DNA from: Pachysolen tannophilus NRRL Y-2460
Taxonomy: Eukaryota
Assembly: GCA_001661245.1 (NCBI GenBank)
Contig: KV454016.1
Location: forward strand, 866,268 to 930,267
Direction: 5' to 3'
DNA: 64,000 nt
Part shown: positions 1-11,557 of the stretch, one piece after another
Position numbering within the stretch: the first letter of the stretch is position 1
How the letters are laid out: each line of letters begins with the position of its first letter
The notes under the pieces: generated by a model
What the model saw: only the letters and a program-made list of their open reading frames with translations
Database searches by the model: none
Told to the model about the DNA's origin: nothing
Made by a program: the position numbers and the translations under genes

Positions 1-33
<33 letters not shown>

Positions 34-76
34 AAAAAGAAAGTAGTGAGCAAAAAACAAAAAAACACAGTAACAA

Positions 77-94
77 TTAGGGCTTTAACCCTAC
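77..94. promoter_or_regulatory. Tbf1-type near-palindromic element TTAGGGCTTTAACCCTAC
   Basis: Inverted TTAGGG/ACCCTA half-sites resembling the TTAGGGCTATAGCCCTAA Tbf1 element of Candida ribosomal-protein promoters; close to a poly(dA) tract at 1-30. Confidence 0.55.
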
Positions 95-295
95 TTAAAG
101 AGATCTTATGTAAGGATGTGGGAAGATCTATAGTGGAGGAAGGCCATATAATTCCCCTTTTCTTTATTTTCCCCCTCTTCTCCCCCTTATTACCTCCTGC
201 ACCACCACCCTGCACCACAGACCGATTTGAACTTCTTACCCCTTTTTTTTTCAAAGTAGCTATCCATTCTTAAAGAAGATACATACATACATGAA

Positions 296-1335
296 CTATA
301 ACTTTATGTCTATATTTTCAATTACGACTTCTTCAACTCCACTTTTGTCCTTTATGAAATGAAGAAAGAAGTTAGCATTATAATAATGGTCTATATTAAT
401 GTTTTTTTTCTTACTTTTTGCAAGTATACTTACCAAGACTTTCTTGTAATCGTCGAGATTATCTTTCAACAATTTGCAGAAATTATCAAACTTAATAATT
501 TGTTAATATATTAATACTATTATTTGCTTTTTTTATTGCCTAATTGATGGTACTTACGATTTTTTTCCTTTCTTTGAAGTGTAAACTCATTATCTTTGTT
601 CTTTCTTTAACTTTATCGAGTTCTTCTCTGTTTAAAGTTGGTTTGTCATTGTTAGACAACTCTTTAATTCTTTTATCACTTTTTTCATTTTCTTCTTTTA
701 GTTGCTCTATCTTTTTGACCAATTCATCATTTGAAGGCTCAGATAGTATTTTGTTTAATTCTATGTTTTGTTAGTAGGTTTTATTTTATTTTATTTTATT
801 TGTTTCTTATCTTTTGGTACAGTTTGTTTCTCGAACAATTTATAAGATAATCATACCTATCGATAAATTTTTAACTTCTTTTGAAACTTCATGAAACTGG
901 TTTCGTAATTCATTGACTACTTCCAAAGTAATTTTGTCTTCAGTTGATTCAGTTTGATCTTTTTCATGAGTGCTATGTTCCTCTTTACATACATAAAAAG
1001 TTAATTTCCCATAAGATTTACTAACAATTTCTCCCTGTTCCAGTAAAGAATCTAATGCTTTAATTGCATTAGCCTTACTGATTTTGTTATGTAAATTAAG
1101 AACTATATCAGCTGCTGAATAAGGTCTATACTGCTCTCTCAAATACGTCTTGATTATTTCTTCGGCTATTAAAACAACAAAATTCAAAATTTAAATTAGG
1201 TAAAAAAAAAAATAACAATATTAATGTCAGTTAGTTTTGAACCCCCTTTTGAAAAAAACTTTCTTAAAAAAACATACCTTCATCTCCTTTGACTTGAGCA
1301 TCTTTGGATGTCTTAACCTTCTTCTTCGGTGGCAT
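296..1335 (-). CDS. HOP2: Meiotic homologous pairing protein Hop2 (TBPIP family), 5 exons, about 226 aa
   Basis: Exons 1335-1278, 1165-857, 760-558, 490-434, 349-296; donors GTATGT/GTATGA/GTAAGT/GTAAGT, acceptors TAG/TAG/AAG/AAG; exons splice in frame to MPPKKKVK..GDEAEEIIKTYLREQYRPYSAADIVLNLHNKI..KSYGK (winged helix) plus coiled coil. Confidence 0.88.
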
Positions 1336-1548
1336 AATCACTCTACAGTTACTTTGATTTGTCTTAGGTTTAAATAAAATATATAGATATTAATATCCTT
1401 TGTCTTTAAATAGTGCGGAAAATATAAGCACTACAACATTGAAAATGTTGTAAATCTATTTTTCTATATAAGGAAACAAAATACTAACAACGTATATATA
1501 TATATATATATATTTTATTTATTTAATTTATTTATTTTTTATTTAATT

Positions 1549-3984
1549 TTATTTGATTTGTTCTGGCATTTTCATGATAGAGATGGCCAAAGCGGTCCAT
1601 CCCAAGAAATGTTTTGTACGTGCTCCTTTTCCTGTATTTTCGTCGTACTGTTCAAAGGCAAACCCTGTTCTTTCCCATTCATTAAAAATATTTTGAACTA
1701 AATTAACTCTTAAATTTTTATAAGTGTCTTGAATTAATTTTTTAGTTTTGGAATCTACTAAATCTGGTTGTTGACCATAGTGTAAAAGGCTCTCTAAGAC
1801 CAAATAATTCATGTTTACCCAAATATTTCCTCTCCAATAATCCTCTCCTGTGCGGAAATATTTGTTTGACTTGGATAATGATCTAATACCATAATCTGAC
1901 CATAACTCTTCTGGATCTCTAATTAATTGAACAATCTTATAGATTTTGGCTGAATTTGCAGGAATAAATTTGTGTAAGAATGGGAATAAAGAAACATACC
2001 CTTTGTTACAAACAAATAAATCTTCATCGTTATCATCAACTGTTACATCACAATAGCATTCATCCTTTTCAGACCAATGTAAATCATCAATATTTTTAGA
2101 AATGTCATGTAATATAGAAGAATATTTTTGGGCATCATCTTGTTTATCCAACAACTCGGCCATGGTTTTAATACTTCTTGTCATGACTCCTATCCATGAT
2201 ATAAGATCGACATTTAACTCAGCTGTATCTGGAGATTCTGCTCGTGGATAATCATCAAGACCACTCAGTAAGCAATGCTTCTGAGTACGGCCTCTCCATC
2301 TATATGCTTCATTCTTCGAAAAAGGTGTTCTTTCAAACTCTTCTAAATCCCCCTTTTGTGTTTTACGGAACCACTCGTAATGTTTTTGTAACTTTGGATA
2401 AATTTCCTTTGCATAGTTTATCAATAATTCTGGATGAGTTAGGTATGCATCAGCTAAATTCTCGTTTTCATAAAATTCTGCTCCAAAGCCACCAAATTCG
2501 TCAACTTTTTTAGGTTCATCAATTAACTGATCATGTCTTTCTTTGGCTAATGCCAAAATTTTGGTAAAAACTAAAAGCATTGTTGGCGGGTTAGCAATAT
2601 GAGGGTTTTGAACTTGAAATTCAGGAGGTACTTTTGATCTTGCTTCAGGACCCAAGATTTGTTCTCTACTTATATATCCATCTTCATCAATAAGTGAGAA
2701 CCAACTTTTGAGAATTTCTAAACTCAAACCAACGTCATATTCAGTGATTGGTAAAAGATGAAAGCCTTCATCCCAATAAAAGCCTCTTGGGAAAAAAGAT
2801 CTACTTGGAACGGAGGTAAATAACTCATGTGCAGGCTCAACTTTCCCATTCAAAAGAGTTGGTTCAAATTTAACTTCATCCAACGGGGTTTCACGATCCA
2901 CTAAAGAATCTCCATAAAAATAGCCAATTCCACCAAGCAAATTTGATAAGAAATCTTTCGCAAAAACAGAATAGTTCTTATCGGAATTGAATGGTGGTTG
3001 CAACTCAAAAGTTTCAGCAAATCTTTCTTCAAAGTGCTTAATAGATGATTTGATTTTACTATTTATATTTTCAGGTGTGAATTTTTCAACAGCATTTTCT
3101 TTGTTAAAAGTGATAAATAATTCAAATTCTCCAACAAAAAATTTTTGTATGAAATGTAAATTACCGTTAAAATTATTCATATTTCTGATTGAAAATAATT
3201 GTTCTGGAGGAACCTCATGTAAATTCTGATGTTCTTTTGTCAATTCTTCAATAGATTCTTTTAACAATGCCATAAAAATATCTTTGGCTTTCCAAATATT
3301 ATCATCGGGTACATGCAAAGATAAATAATGTGTTTTTGATGGATCAGAATTTGGCTTAACCAATTCTTTTCCTTCAGGTTTCTTATTTTTAATACTTTCC
3401 GTAATATCAATATCAAAACCACCACCTAATTGTTCTGCAAGTCCACCTAACTTTACATGGGTTGATTCTATAATATCGCTCTCATAGAAAGAAGTTAATA
3501 TTCCATCACCTTCCAATCCAGCATAAAAAATCAATGAAGTCTTCACGTCTTCATGTCCTTTCTTCGGTATACCTTTTATTTTCAAACCCCAATTACCATC
3601 ATTATCTTTAGCAAATTCTGTAATCAAACTTAATTTGCAATCGTCATCTTTAATAATCTGTCTTCCACCTGTTCTAGGATCATATTTTGTCCAACCAAAA
3701 CCCTTCAAGTTGTCATTTTGATCACACGCATGTTTAATCTTTCCAACTCCTTGATAGTCATCAGCGTTAAACCACATAAGACCCGTCATTAAGGAATGAG
3801 GTATACGAGGCCTGATACCTAGATATAAATTCGACCTATATGGCCCCCAAAGTAATGAAGCATTTGAAGCCTTTGAGTATTGATCTATAAATACCTGATT
3901 CTCGCTGTTTCCATTGAGTACTGTTTCCGAGCTGCAAACAATTGAATACACAAAGATTAAAGCTATCGCAATATATGACTTCAT
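1549..3984 (-). CDS. CWH41: ER glucosidase I (mannosyl-oligosaccharide glucosidase, GH63)
   Basis: ATG at 3984, N-terminal hydrophobic signal/anchor, LLWGPYRSNLYLG, VPSRSFFPRGFYWDEGFH, SGLDDYPR, YWRGNIW; adjacent to TRP5 as in S. cerevisiae. Confidence 0.96.
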   Translation of the reverse strand: MKSYIAIALIFVYSIVCSSETVLNGNSENQVFIDQYSKASNASLLWGPYRSNLYLGIRPRIPHSLMTGLMWFNADDYQGVGKIKHACDQNDNLKGFGWTKYDPRTGGRQIIKDDDCKLSLITEFAKDNDGNWGLKIKGIPKKGHEDVKTSLIFYAGLEGDGILTSFYESDIIESTHVKLGGLAEQLGGGFDIDITESIKNKKPEGKELVKPNSDPSKTHYLSLHVPDDNIWKAKDIFMALLKESIEELTKEHQNLHEVPPEQLFSIRNMNNFNGNLHFIQKFFVGEFELFITFNKENAVEKFTPENINSKIKSSIKHFEERFAETFELQPPFNSDKNYSVFAKDFLSNLLGGIGYFYGDSLVDRETPLDEVKFEPTLLNGKVEPAHELFTSVPSRSFFPRGFYWDEGFHLLPITEYDVGLSLEILKSWFSLIDEDGYISREQILGPEARSKVPPEFQVQNPHIANPPTMLLVFTKILALAKERHDQLIDEPKKVDEFGGFGAEFYENENLADAYLTHPELLINYAKEIYPKLQKHYEWFRKTQKGDLEEFERTPFSKNEAYRWRGRTQKHCLLSGLDDYPRAESPDTAELNVDLISWIGVMTRSIKTMAELLDKQDDAQKYSSILHDISKNIDDLHWSEKDECYCDVTVDDNDEDLFVCNKGYVSLFPFLHKFIPANSAKIYKIVQLIRDPEELWSDYGIRSLSKSNKYFRTGEDYWRGNIWVNMNYLVLESLLHYGQQPDLVDSKTKKLIQDTYKNLRVNLVQNIFNEWERTGFAFEQYDENTGKGARTKHFLGWTALAISIMKMPEQIK

Positions 3985-4266
3985 AATCGATATGATTCCC
4001 AGCAATTGAGTTATAGCAAGTTCATCAAAACATTAAAAAAATAGAAAATGAATTATTACTTAGTTGTACAATTTTGAAACTTTTTTTGACAAATTTCGCT
4101 TAGAATAAAATAGTCAAATTTATTAAGTAAATGAAGATTGAAAAGTCTTAAGTTATACTGAATTGAATAATAAATCATTTACAAAAATTCAAATTAATAA
4201 GGAATTTCAATAAAACTATACAATGTGGTTTAAAAATTAGATAAAGAAAAGACATAGTATGAGGTT

Positions 4267-6493
4267 TTAATTTTTTTGTCCAGGCATTTGTTCAAATCTT
4301 AAATCCCAACCAATTTGAGGACCTAATCTTGGTAAAACTTCTGCAACACTTTGAACATCTTTATCACCTCTACCACTTATGGTAATAACAACAGTCTTGT
4401 CCTTTGGCATGGTTTTTGCTAATTCAACTGCACCAAAGACAGCATGGGAGGATTCTAATGCTGGAATGATACCTTCTAATTGTGATAATAATCTGAAACC
4501 TTCTAAAGCTTCGGCATCAGTGGCAGCGATGAATTGCACTCTTCCTGACAGTTTCCAGTATGCAAGTTCTGGTCCAACACCAGGGTAATCTAAACCAGCA
4601 GAGACAGAATGTGTATCGTGGACTTGACCGTCTGTATCTTGTAAGACATAAGTCTTAACACCGTGGAAGACACCAGGTATACCAGCAGTTAAAGTGGCAG
4701 AGTGTCTTTCTGTATTGAGACCATCACCACCAGCTTCAACACCTAAAAGTTTAACGGATAAATCATTTTCAAAAGGTGAAAACATACCACTTGAGTTTGA
4801 ACCACCACCAACACAGGCAACTATTGCATCTGGTAATTTACCATCATTTAATTTTTGAAATTGTTCTTTAGTTTCGTTACCAATAACACTTTGAAAAGTT
4901 CTAACTAAAGTAGGATAAGGATGAGGTCCAATTGCAGAACCAACAACATAATGAGTTGTTTTCAAGTTGGAAACCCAAAAACGGAAAGCTTCTGAAGTTG
5001 CATCTCTTAAAGTTTGAGTACCATTTGTAACGGCAATAACTGTTGCACCTAGTATCTTCATTCTAAAGACATTAAGAGCTTGACGACGTACATCCTCAGC
5101 TCCCATAAATACAGTACATTCTAAACCAAATTTTGCACATGCAGTAGCAGTGGCAACACCATGCTGACCAGCACCGGTTTCAGCAATAATTTTTTTCTTA
5201 CCAAGACGTCTAGCTATCAATACTTGTGCTAAAGCATTATTAATCTTGTGAGAACCGGTATGATTTAAATCTTCTCTTTTTAACCAAATTTGTGCACCTC
5301 CACAGTGTTCGGTTAATCTTTCTGCCTTATGTAAAGATGATGGACGACCAATATAAGAATATAATGATCTAAATTCTTCCCAAAATTTAGGATCTGCCAC
5401 AGCATCTTCAAAACCTTTTTCTAATTCAGCAAGACAAGCATGTAAAGCTTCAGGAACGTACTGACCACCAAATTGGCCAAAACGTGGATTATATTTGTGT
5501 TTTTCTTCAAAAACTGTAGTATCTTTATCCTTTTGGCGATGTGGAACTGTTGCCGGTATAGGTGTTGATATTGAGTCATGTTTTGAAAAAGGAGGATGTT
5601 CACCCAAGATGCTTTTAACATAAGCAGTAGCAGCTTTACCTCTTTCACCTGGTGCAGATTCTCCAATTATTGTAACAATCTTACTTCCAATAACAACACC
5701 ATCTGCTGCAGCACCAACTGTTAAGAAATGCTCTCTGGTACTAACACCAAATCCGACAGCCAATGGAGTGTTACCAGTAAATTTTCTAACTCTTGAAGTT
5801 AAACTTGAAATTGAATCATTGATTGTTCCAGTTGCACCTGTAGTACCCATTCTTGAAACAACATAAATAAAAGAATCTGCAATTTCCCCCAACAATTCCA
5901 ACCTATCATCAGTTGTTGAAGGAGCAACCAATGGAACATAACTCATATCATTTGCAATACAAAAACCTCTAAATTTTACAGCTTCTTCAGGTGGAAGATC
6001 CACTACAATAAAACCATTGGCACCTGCAGCTTTTGATTCTTTTATCATTTCTTGTTCACCAAATCTTAAAATCGGATTATAATAACCCATCAATATAATC
6101 GGAACAAAAACACCTTTACTTCTTGCCAATTTAACTAATTCCAAACATTTACCAACTGTAACACCATTACTTAAAGCCAAAGTATTTGCAGCTTGAATTG
6201 TTGGACCATCTGCAATTGGATCAGAGAATGGAATCCCCAACTCAATAACATCAACACCACCCTCCTGCATTCCTAACAAGATGGGAACCGTATCCTCAAT
6301 CGTTGGATATCCAGCAGTTATAAAAGTGATTAAAGCATTACGACCTTTAATTATTCATTTAAAAGTTAGTACCTTCTGAACGCAATGATAATTCAAAATC
6401 AAAATCAAAAAAAAAAAAAAAAAAAAAATAAAGTATAAATTTCTTACCTTCTTCTTTGCATTTTGCAAAAGTTTCTTTTAAAAGAGAAGTCAT
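4267..6493 (-). CDS. TRP5: Tryptophan synthase (fused alpha/beta), 2 exons
   Basis: Exon 1 6493-6448 ([15 protein letters not shown]), intron 6447-6345 GTAAGA..TACTAAC..AAG, exon 2 6344-4267; [17 protein letters not shown] and [12 protein letters not shown] (PLP Lys). Confidence 0.98.
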
Positions 6494-6607
6494 ATTATAT
6501 TATGGAATAGTTATAGTTAAATTCAAAAGCTATATGATTATCAATAATAAAATATCAATCTTTCAATATACAAAGATAATAGACATTAATACCACTTCTT
6601 TCAAAAA

Positions 6608-6613
6608 GAGTCA
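6608..6613 (-). promoter_or_regulatory. Gcn4 binding site (TGACTC) upstream of TRP5
   Basis: ATGACTC on the minus strand about 115 bp upstream of the TRP5 ATG; TRP5 is a classical Gcn4 target. Confidence 0.6.
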
Positions 6614-6895
6614 TCATATCCATCGAGGCAAGTGAAAAATTTCGCATAGAAAACCTTTTCAGTACTAATTACACGCCGAAAATTCAAATTAAAGATTAAA
6701 GAGAGTTCGGTTAGTTATAAGAGCAATAGATAAGATAAAAGGTAGTCTTACAAGAATATGTTAGTGATGGTATATGTAAGTTCATTTCTATATGATGCCA
6801 ACATGAGATTGTAGAAAATATCCTTTTCCTGTAATGAAATATAAAGTGATATAAAATTAAAAAAAAAATAATAATTTTTACATCTAGTAAAAATT

Positions 6896-7299
6896 CTAGA
6901 GTAAAATTGGTTGTGAAGGGTTGTTACCTAAATTCTGGTATCCTTCATTATTATTGTTCTTATTATTATTATTTTCTCCATTTGCAGCGTCATTCAACTT
7001 CAAGTTTTTCCGAGCTCCAGGAGCTTGCTTTGCTCTTGGTTTTCTTGCTGGAATTTTTTTAGTAGCAGCAGTTTTACCAGTATTCGTATTAGTATTAGAA
7101 TTTATATTTGAACTTGTTCCTATAGAACTTGTAGTTCCTGAAGTCCCCGCAGTGCTCGGAATATTTGTATTATTAGTTGTATTTGAAGAATTTGGTGTTG
7201 GAACAATATGCCCCACTCCTCCAATATTACTACCTCCTGAGGTATTTCTATTAGAAATATTATTGGTATTCAAATAACCAGCACTTGGATTATTACTGC

Positions 7300-7336
<37 letters not shown>

Positions 7337-7741
7337 GTTGTTTGCATCTTTATTAAATATTGGTCTTTCAATCTTAACTTCTTGTTTCATAATCGGTATC
7401 ATAATCTTATCATTAACACCGATTTGTTCTTTTGAATACTCAACAATTGGTAAAATCTTATTATATCTTTCAATATAATTATCTAAATTCTCTTTTAATA
7501 TCATCAAACAATTATTTATTTCTTGGAAAAATTCCAAAGGAGTCTTACTATTATTATTATCTTCATTAACAGTTGCTAAAAGTCTTAAAAATGAAATCAT
7601 ATCATATCTTAATGTTGATATCTTAGTTTTCAATAATTGTAATTCTGTTATAAGATCATCTATATTATACTGATCCATTTCTAAATCTTGTATAGATATC
7701 TGATCAGGAACTTTAGATACATCCTCCAAAACTTTATCCAT
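6896..7741 (-). CDS. PGD1: Mediator tail subunit Med3 (Pgd1)
   Basis: ATG 7741; helical N-domain (LRYDMISFLRLL..TPLEFFQEI..ILPIV), N/T-rich low-complexity region, QPILL tail; order CWH41-TRP5-PGD1 matches S. cerevisiae. Confidence 0.7.
7301..7333. repeat. (ATT)n microsatellite encoding poly-Asn in Med3
   Basis: About 11 tandem ATT units. Confidence 0.9.
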
Positions 7742-8014
7742 CTTATTATTCCACAGAAACAAATCCTGATTTTTTTTTCTTATTACAAATTTCAACTTTA
7801 CTTTGCTCCAAAAAAAAATAATTTATTATGATTTATTATGATTTATTATTATGATAATTATCTATTCTTTTTTTACTTATAATTACTTTAGATTATTTAA
7901 ACCCATACATTTTTTAATACATTTTTTACACTACAAGGTGTTGATACTTTTTTTAATTGAAAAGCTTTTCATATAAATTATATATTAAAGTAGTAGTTAT
8001 ATATTCATTTGTAT

Positions 8015-9261
8015 TCATCTTTTAACTCTTTCTCTCACCTGTATGGTGTCAGGGGAACTATCTTTATCATATTTCCAATTTAAAATGAATTTTTTTTGCA
8101 AATAGACCCAATCGTGTCCTGTTATTCTTTCTAAATCTTTTTTACTAAATACAAAATATGATTTACCAATACAATACAAATAATAACTTAATATTTTATC
8201 TTCACCAAATTTCATTATTCGATAGTTGTTCAAGTTAAATAATTCTTTATCCCATAGTTTTTTCCAAGTTAAAAAATCGTTATTACACCAACTTTTCAAA
8301 ATTTCTAATATCTTGTATTTTTTCGGAATATAGTTATAATATAAATTAAAAGCTTTCAAATTATCATTATTAAAATGAGAAACATGTAATATCAAATAAC
8401 TTGCAATTTCTTCTAATTCATGACTTGACAAAATATTTGAATTTTTTAATAAGTAATTAATACTAGGTAAATAAGTTTCATAATTCCCAATTTTTGTTGA
8501 TATTCTAATGGAATATAAGAATACTTCTTTACCAAAACTTCCTGGTTTCTGTTTTAATAATGATTCACGTAATTTTCCTTTAATAAATAAATAATTATGT
8601 TTATTTGAAAAGTCAGTTAGTACTTGTTTTCTTTTTTTGTGTTTCTTTTTTTTTTTTATAACTTACTTAAAGACAATAATATACTATCCAAAGTGATTTT
8701 TTCATTTTCTTCTCTTTGCTGTGATGTTGATATTTGTACCAGTGGTGATTCTTCATTTTTTTCATTCAAGCTTAATCTTTCAAATTCAAGTCTTAAAAAT
8801 TCTTTATCTTTATTTTCATAGCAATATTGTATAAACGATTTTTGAATTTTCAGAAAATACAATTTCCTCAATGATTCATTTTCTTGTAATCTTGAATCTT
8901 CACCTCTACTCACTAATCCAAAATCAAGCTTGGATTTTCTATGATATTCTTTTGATTGTTGTAAAAATTTTTGCTTTCTCTTATTCAGTAACGATTTATC
9001 CAGCAACAATGGATCTGATTCCAGGTCCAGCCCAGTTAAAGACAATTTAGTCATACTTTTTCTACCAAGAGAATGAAACTTTGAACTCTTATTACTCCTA
9101 ACAGTCGAATCATTAAATTTCTCATGATCTTTATTATTGGAATTAATTGAATTTTTTTCAAATACATATTGTGATGAACCTTCTTGTTGATCTTGTTGTT
9201 GTTTCTTATTGAATTTCGAATGAGACCAGCTACTACCAGTAGCATAATTACTCTTACTCAT
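8015..9261 (-). CDS. Uncharacterised conserved fungal protein, probable SAC3/PCI-like helical domain, 2 exons
   Basis: Exon 1 9261-8667, intron 8666-8578 GTAAGT..TACTAAC..AAG, exon 2 8577-8015; splicing joins DSILLSL-RKLRESLL (Sac3/Thp3-like LRKLRE motif) and merges two ORF-track ORFs. Confidence 0.7.
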
Positions 9262-9486
9262 GGACACTAAATATCTTCATCATTGAATAAACACAGGAGA
9301 GAAAAAATTGGCGAAAAATTTATTAATCAACTATAGGAGATCATTTAAAATAAGATCTTCAACAACTCATACCTTCTTCTGTTTGTGGTTGATAATTAAA
9401 AGGGTAAAAGAAAAAAAACACAGGTAGTGCAATACATAATACACTATATACAAACCGAATAGATTGATTACTACTGACTTTCCATT

Positions 9487-9542
9487 AGAGCTAAAGAGCT
9501 AAAGAGCTAAAGAGCTAAAGAGCTAAAGAGCTAAAGAGCTAA
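9487..9542. repeat. 8-bp tandem repeat (AGAGCTAA)x7
   Basis: Seven tandem units immediately 3' of the stop codon of the minus-strand MFS gene. Confidence 0.95.
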
Positions 9543-9549
9543 GAACTAA

Positions 9550-11186
9550 CTAACTAACTATAAGATTGTTTGGATGAAGTTTTATATGACGATTTCTCTG
9601 GAGGATCAATGGCCAAAAGTTCAAAAATCCTACCATACAGAAGCCTATTAATGCTAGGAAAAGGGTTATTTTAAAAATACTGTTATAACAACCAATACCC
9701 AATTCACATACTTCTAATATGGAATTAGAATTAGGTACTTTGACTTCTTCAGTATTTGAATCGTATACTGCTCCGAATTTATTGGTCAAATAGAATCCCA
9801 CCACTATTGGTGATAGGTTTACCATACCATAATTGAATGAGAAATATTTCATACCGAATTTGTCTCCAACTAATGTTGGGAATAATGAATAGTTGAATCC
9901 GTAAAAAAAACCAGTTAATAAAGACATTGTCCATAATCTTTCCAAGTCTTTATTATATAATAAGAAAAATTGAGCTATAGAGAATGAAATACTTGATAAA
10001 AATGCCAACCATGATTTGGATTTGTTAAAATTATTTGTTAATACATCTCCCAAGATTCCTGCTAATATCCTACCAACATAATTCGATATAGATATGATAC
10101 CAACTTGTAGTTGTTGATTTTTTTGTAATGAAATGTCATATTGTGTTAAATCTGAAAATGATAAAATATAATTTGAATCTCCTAATAATGCTTTCACTAT
10201 ATAACCAACGGAATATATGTACATTTGTCCAATACCAGAAAAGATTCCCAAGATACAAGTCATCAACCAAAAATCTAAACTTTTAAATAAATCTTTTGCT
10301 GAAAATTCCGGATTTTCTTTTAAAGTATCAGGAATATTAACATATCTACTGGCACTATTATTTCTTCTTGAAGGAGAAGATTCTGAAGAACCAGGCCTAT
10401 TTGGAGTTCTAGACCTAATGTTTTCCAATTCAATTGATTCTATAAAATTCCTTGAGCTTGATTTTATTGGGGAATCTAATTTCAGAGATGACCTTTCAAA
10501 TGAATGATGTGATAAATGATCAATATCTGTTAAAAATAACAGTGGTGCACATAATATGAAAATGACAAAACATGATATATATAAAAATTGTAAAAAACCA
10601 GATGTATCACCGGGATAAAAATTGGATCCAATTAATGAATAAAATGATGCACTTAATCCATACATTGAAATTGGTAATGATGTAGCAATACCTCTAATTT
10701 TTGGGAAATTTACAGCACATTTTTTAATTGCACAGCTACAAATAGCCGTTGAAGCTAAACCTATCAAACCTAAACAAAAACTAGAAACAACCACATTTGG
10801 GAAAGAATTATCATATTGATATTGTAACCCATAATATCCAACTATAATCGAAATATCTCCAATAACCAATGGCAGAAAATACCCATACCTATCAATTACA
10901 ATACCTATCATCGGCCCTGTTATCATGGAAATTAAAGAACCACACATAATGATCCTCGATGAATCCGATGTAGTATAATGTAGCCTAAGAGCCAATTGTG
11001 GACTATAAGCAGAATAAAGATACAAAGTTCCACATATTAAACCTATTTAAAATTATCGTTAGTATATCATATCTACTTCATGTACAACAATTTCAAAAAT
11101 TTAAAATTTAAAATTTTAAACTTCAACTTACTTATAAATGAAGAAGATGATAATATAACAATTTGTTTCAGAAGTAAATGATTCAT
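9550..11186 (-). CDS. MFS transporter, Mch1/nodulin-like family, 2 exons
   Basis: Exon 1 11186-11132, intron 11131-11043 GTAAGT..TACTAAC..TAG, exon 2 11042-9550; about 12 TM segments, GTLYLYSAYSPQL, NFPKIRGIATSLPISMYGLSA, GQMYIYSVG. Confidence 0.85.
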
Positions 11187-11557
11187 CGGAAACCCGCCTC
11201 GAAGAAGCTGTAAAATATCACTCAACCCAACCATTGAATCGATATCATATACATATTTAAATAATAATCAAACGTTCTTACTCTACATTTCATCTGTTTA
11301 TGTGTTGGGCTCTTATCACCACTTCAAACACCCTAAAGATAAAAGCGGTGCAAACGAAAAAAAATTTAAAAAAAAAAACAAAAAAAAACCGGAGAAGATT
11401 TGAATCTTCTCCTTTCTCCACTTGGGTCATTTGGGTTCCGCAACGGAGAACCCAGAACGGAGAAGTTTTGAAAATGGTCTTTAATTAAAAGAAGAAACAA
11501 GAGTAATTGTTATTGATTATTGGTAGCAGAAGTTTGGAACTTTCTTTGGTTGAAGTT

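Noticed and set aside
46..273. 75-aa plus-strand ORF
   Set aside because: GTG start, low-complexity promoter/terminator DNA, no recognisable motif
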